Below are positions 58,919 to 64,000 of a DNA stretch of 64,000 nt, piece by piece. This DNA is from Octopus sinensis. Lineage: Eukaryota. A model generated the notes under the pieces. The model did not search any database. It was not told the origin of the DNA and saw only the letters and a program-made list of their open reading frames with translations. Every line of letters starts with the position of its first letter. Position 1 is the stretch's first letter. Location: assembly GCF_006345805.1 (NCBI RefSeq), contig NC_043002.1, positions 107,074,001-107,138,000 of the forward strand. The letters run 5' to 3'. The translations under genes were made by a program, and so were the position numbers.

Positions 58919-59244
58919 TTACGTACGAATGTACGTATTTATGTCTTATATGTCCACGTCTATATACGACACATACTTCTAGTTGCACATACTAACCCTT
59001 CCTCCCTTCTTCATTTTCCCTTCCCATAGAACCACATCCTCACCTGGTCCCTAACCCCTGGTTAGTGTTGTTTCTCTTATTAACTTTTCCTCTTTCTCAT
59101 TCCACCGATATGTTTCCCCTTTTTCTGAAGAACGACTAACATCCGAAACGTTAGTTTTTCTTTTCCCACTTAAGCATGAAGCTAACACCATATTTTTTAA
59201 ACCTTGGCCCTCATGAGTTGTCCTTGTTATTGTTCATTGCATTG

Positions 59245-59246
<2 letters not shown>

Positions 59247-59312
<66 letters not shown>

Positions 59313-59313
59313 A

Positions 59314-59374
<61 letters not shown>
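59247..59374. repeat. (TCTA)n array
   Basis: Direct inspection. Confidence 0.95.
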
Positions 59375-59639
59375 AAGCCTTGCGTTATGGTGCTAAAACC
59401 GCATAAACTAGAGAGATGTGTGTGCTAACTTGCTAGATTAACATTGGAACAAAATTGCACCAAGGTAAGAATTTATCGGTGTTTAAAAAACAAATGAGGG
59501 ATTAGGAGAACCGAATGAAATGGTGTAATAATATAGATTAAGCGGATTAAAACTGGAGAGAACCATACCTCATTACATGCTTAAGGTTATTATGTTTCAA
59601 ACTGCATATTTTATATATATATATAATATATATATATAT

Positions 59640-59714
<75 letters not shown>

Positions 59715-59760
59715 ATATATATATATATACATATATATATATACATATACATATATATAC

Positions 59761-59814
<54 letters not shown>

Positions 59815-59939
59815 TTATTTATAATTATGTACATTATACGTACATACATGCACAGATTCATGCATACAATATATTATAATTACATAAATTATACATGCAT
59901 GCAAGCATACATGCACACACACATGCGTGTGTGGTGTGT

Positions 59940-60790
59940 GTGTGCGTATAATATTGTTTCTAATTATATGCAATATACATACATATATATGTAAATATGT
60001 TGTTTTTCTTTCTTAAGTTTTCAAATTTCGCTTCAAACCGGAATAAGCCAACCTCCCACTCAGAAACAAGGCTCCTCTTACTGTGGAATTTAGTTGTATG
60101 TGTGTGCGTATGTGCGTATGTGTGTATGTATGCATGTCTTATGTATGTGTACATGTATATATGCATTATGTATATAGGTATGTATATATGTATGTATGCG
60201 TATGTGCACGTATGTATGTATGCACGTGTGTATGTATATGTGTGTATGTATGCATGTGTGTATGTGTGTATGTATGCATATGTGTATGCGTGTATGTAGG
60301 TAGGTATGCATGCGTGTATGCATGCATATATGTATACATGTATGTAAGTGTGTATGTATATGTATGTGTATGTGCAGTATGCATGTGTGCGTGTATGTAT
60401 GTATGTATGTATGTATGTAGGTAGGTAGGTATGCATGTATGTATGCATGAATGTATGTGTGTATGTATGTATTCATGTATGTGCATGTATGCATGTGTGT
60501 ATGTATGCATGTATGTATGTATTACGTATATATATGTATGCCTGTATCTGTATGTGCATGTATGTATGTATATATGCATGTATGTATGTGTGTATATATG
60601 CTTGAAGGTAGGTAGGTATGCATGTGTGTATGCGTGTATATATGTATTATGCATATATATGTATGTATGCCTGTATGTGTATGTGTATGTATGTATGTAT
60701 GTATGTATGTATGTATGTATGTATGTATGTATGTATGTATGTATGTATGTATGAAGGTAGGTAGATATGCATGTGTGTATGTTTGTATGT
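59940..60790. repeat. Large degenerate (TATG/CATG/TGTG)n array
   Basis: Direct inspection. Confidence 0.9.
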
Positions 60791-62023
60791 CTTCTCTTTT
60801 TCCTTTTAAATTAGGGTAAATTTTGATCGGTCACCTTCTTGGTTGTCCTTTATATCGTAAGAAAGTCTTGCGGATTTTTATAGTCCCAGACACCGCGACC
60901 ATTTGCAGTGAATGATTTGAGGACTGTATGAATGAATGTAATGAATCTATATCCTAAAGAGGTTCACCCCATAACTGTGTGGTTTGAATTTCGATCGCAG
61001 AGCGTGGCACCTTGCCAAGTATTTTTTTTACTTTCTACCTGAGCCAACGATCAGCCAAAGAGTTATAAGTAGAATTTCGGAGACGAAAATGTATGGAAGC
61101 CCTTTGAAAGAGCGGTTCCTGCTCCTGGGTGGAAGATTTATCTCCCACACCCCGCCTCCGGTTTAATACTATCGAAAGGTGTTTGTCTTTAGGGGGAGAC
61201 AACTTTGTTACAAGCATTGTGTTGGGTCCCCATTCTGAGCAGAACTTCCGTCCTTCATGCTTTGCAGGTCCCCAAAGGGAGTCCATGGGCGCTGGCCGTC
61301 CTGACTAAGCAATAAATATTTATGTATGGCGTGTGTAAGCATGATCACACAACACACACGTGTATAAAAGGTGGACGGTGGAGAGTGGTTACGCTTAACG
61401 CTTCAGTGCGCAATAAACAGATGACGGGTATTAAAGATATCAATATGTCTGCCGTGAATAGTTGTTGGATGTGCTGGATATGGTTTTCAGAGAGAGGAAG
61501 GGAGGGAGAGAAGAAAAAGAGGGAGAAGGAGTGAGAAATAAAGGATGGATTTTTAAAATAAAAAGGAGAGGGAGAAAGCGAGAAGAGATTGGGAATGAGA
61601 TATATAGGTACGCGCGCACGCACGCATTTACATACAGAGTGAAAAAAGATGGGTGGCGAGAAGGAGAGAGAGGAGGTCTATGATAGATATAAGAGAGAAA
61701 GAGTGTGAGAAACGTGTACACACTCATGCGCACAACACACACATACATACACACACACACATACACACATATATATACATATATACATGTTTTATATATA
61801 TACATATATATATATATATAACACATATATGTATATAAATATATATATACACATATATATATATAACACTTATATACAACAACAATTGAGGAACGGCCTC
61901 AATAGGCCATTCGACCCACTAGAAAGAGCAGCCAGGACTCAAACCGCCAAGTAGTAGTAATTCAGAAATAAAGGAAAATTAAAAAACATTTACCCTATTC
62001 ATCTTTAGACACTTATATACATG

Positions 62024-62057
<34 letters not shown>

Positions 62058-62200
62058 ATATACAAATATATATTACTTGTATATATAAGTATATATGCTA
62101 TTTATATGTACATATATATATATATATATTCACTTATATACATGTATACATTTATATATATATAAACACACACATATAGCTTATATACATGTATATATCC

Positions 62201-62266
<66 letters not shown>

Positions 62267-62735
62267 ATATATATATATAGAGAGAGAGAGAGGGAGAAGG
62301 CGCAACGGGAAAGAGAGGTGAGTAAAGTATTTATGAAGCAAAAGAAAGACAGAGCAATGAGGAAAGGGGGAAGAGGTGAGGAAAAGGATTTGGAAAATTA
62401 GTAGATAAAACAATAAAGAGAGAGAGAGAGAGAGGCAGAAAGAGACAGTGTGTGTATGGTGGGGGGGGGTGAAGGTAGGGAAGGATCTAAGAATGAGAGA
62501 GAAGAGGAGGAGGAGGAGGGATTTAGAAGGTGCGAGAGAGTGATGAGGCAGGTGGAATACATTAGTTGGATGATGAAATCACCAGCGACCAATGGTTGAC
62601 GATGTGATTGTCGGTGGTTGATTGATAGGTTTCTTACCTTTCAACTATGTATATACATACATACATACCTACATATCTATCTATATATATATATATATAT
62701 TCATGTATGTGCATATATCTATCTATATATCTATC

Positions 62736-62777
<42 letters not shown>

Positions 62778-62816
62778 CCTCTCTCTCTCTCTCTCCCTCT
62801 CTCTCTCTCTCTCCTC

Positions 62817-62868
<52 letters not shown>

Positions 62869-63019
62869 CTTCTTTATTGCCCACAAGGGGCTAAACATAG
62901 AGAGGACAAACAAGGACAGACAAAGGGATTAAGTCGATTACATCGACCCCAGTGTGTAACTGGTACTTTTATTTATCGACCTCGAAAGGATGAAAGGCAA
63001 AGTCGACATATATATATTA

Positions 63020-63425
63020 GGTGCAGGAGTGGCTATGTGGTAAGTAGCTTGCTTACCAACCACATGGTTCCGGGTTCATTCCCACTGCGTGGCACCTTGG
63101 ACAAGTGTCTTCTACTATAGGCTCGGGCCGACCAAAGCCTCGTGTGTGGATATGGTAGACGGAAACTGAAAGAAGCCCGTCGTATATATGTATATATATA
63201 TATATATATATATGTGTGTATATGTTTGTATGTCTGTGTTTGTCTCCCCAACATCGCTTGACCACCGATGCTGGTGTGTTTACGACTTAGCGGTTCGGCA
63301 AAAGAGACCGATAGAATAAGTACTAGGCTTACAAAGAATAAGTCCTGGGGTCGATTTGCTCGACTAAAGGTGGTGCTCCAGCATGGCCACAGTCAAATGA
63401 CTGAAACAAGTAAAAGAGTAAAAGA
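63020..63425 (+). mobile_element. SINE family A, full length
   Basis: Same structure as the 36258 copy. Confidence 0.9.
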
Positions 63426-63497
63426 TATATATATACACATGTATGTATGTACTTATGCGTGAGTGTGTGCGTTAGCACATATATAAAGATTGTTTAC

Positions 63498-63530
<33 letters not shown>

Positions 63531-64000
63531 ATATATATATAATATAATATATATATATATATATATATAGCACTTATATGCAATACATACGCACACACAT
63601 ATATATGCATATGTATGTATGTATATAGGTGCAGTGAATGAATTGAATTACGCTGCTGTGGCAGACGGATCGTAATCTGTCCAAATTGTTTCTTTTGTTA
63701 AGATTCTTTCAATTGAGCGACTGTGGAAAAGAAAGAAAACGAAAACAAAAGAATGAACGAAACAATAACAGCAACAACAACAACAACCATAACAAGAGAA
63801 AGATGGAAAGAGAAGAGGAGAAAAGCAATGCATAGAATCCACTGACAAGCGCGCACACACAAACTACAAGTGTGTAGAATGGGGCAAGGTAAAATGAATG
63901 AAGTCACTTGCTCAAGAACATAACGCATTGGTGAGTTAGGATGTGTGTGTGTGTGTGTGTGTGTCATTCCTTCAGAATTAAAAATATGCAGTCTTCGAAA

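Noticed and set aside
59125-59154. CTGAAGA...CCGAAACGTT hammerhead-like spacing
   Set aside because: Neither stem I nor stem II can be paired convincingly; at most a heavily decayed relic.
2146-63100. tRNA-like A/B-box sequences as tRNA genes
   Set aside because: None folds into a full cloverleaf with an acceptor stem; all continue into SINE bodies or tails.
6918-63967. Many long ORFs in the track (poly-HT, YI, CV, His/Ile/Ser runs)
   Set aside because: They are translations of CA/TG, TA and CAT microsatellites with no domain content or splice context.
29000-64000. A second protein-coding host gene
   Set aside because: Every protein-like segment found was transposon-derived. Small exons of a large-intron gene cannot be excluded without transcript data.

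Overview
AT-rich eukaryotic genomic DNA crowded with microsatellites and tRNA-headed SINEs. The repeat complement looks like an Octopus (coleoid cephalopod) genome; this is inference from repeat style, not a database match. Bases 611-28677 (+) hold the last 14 coding exons (1878 nt, 625 aa plus stop) of an ABCB-family half transporter with one TMD and one NBD (TAP/ABCB9/ABCB10-like). All junctions are GT-AG and phase-consistent; the N-terminal exons lie upstream of the window. From about 29 kb to 64 kb I found no supportable host gene, only mobile-element debris: at least five SINE families, RTE, CR1 and R4/Dong-type LINE fragments, Helitrons, Helentron-type elements and TTAA-flanked MITEs, plus a 100-N gap. 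The most notable signal is a set of self-cleaving ribozyme motifs inside small repeats. (i) A core-complete type I hammerhead lies on the sense strand of an ABCB intron (27188-27232), inside a 260-bp direct-repeat unit that also carries TTAGGG repeats. (ii) A core-complete hammerhead with a long stem I (48101-48180) faces an antisense copy across a roughly 190-bp inverted repeat. (iii) A minimal hammerhead lies at 37361-37406, with several decayed relatives elsewhere. (iv) An HDV/CPEB3-like motif has a predicted cleavage site that coincides with the 5' end of a short RTE-like element (53649). All RNA structures were folded by eye and none is experimentally tested.
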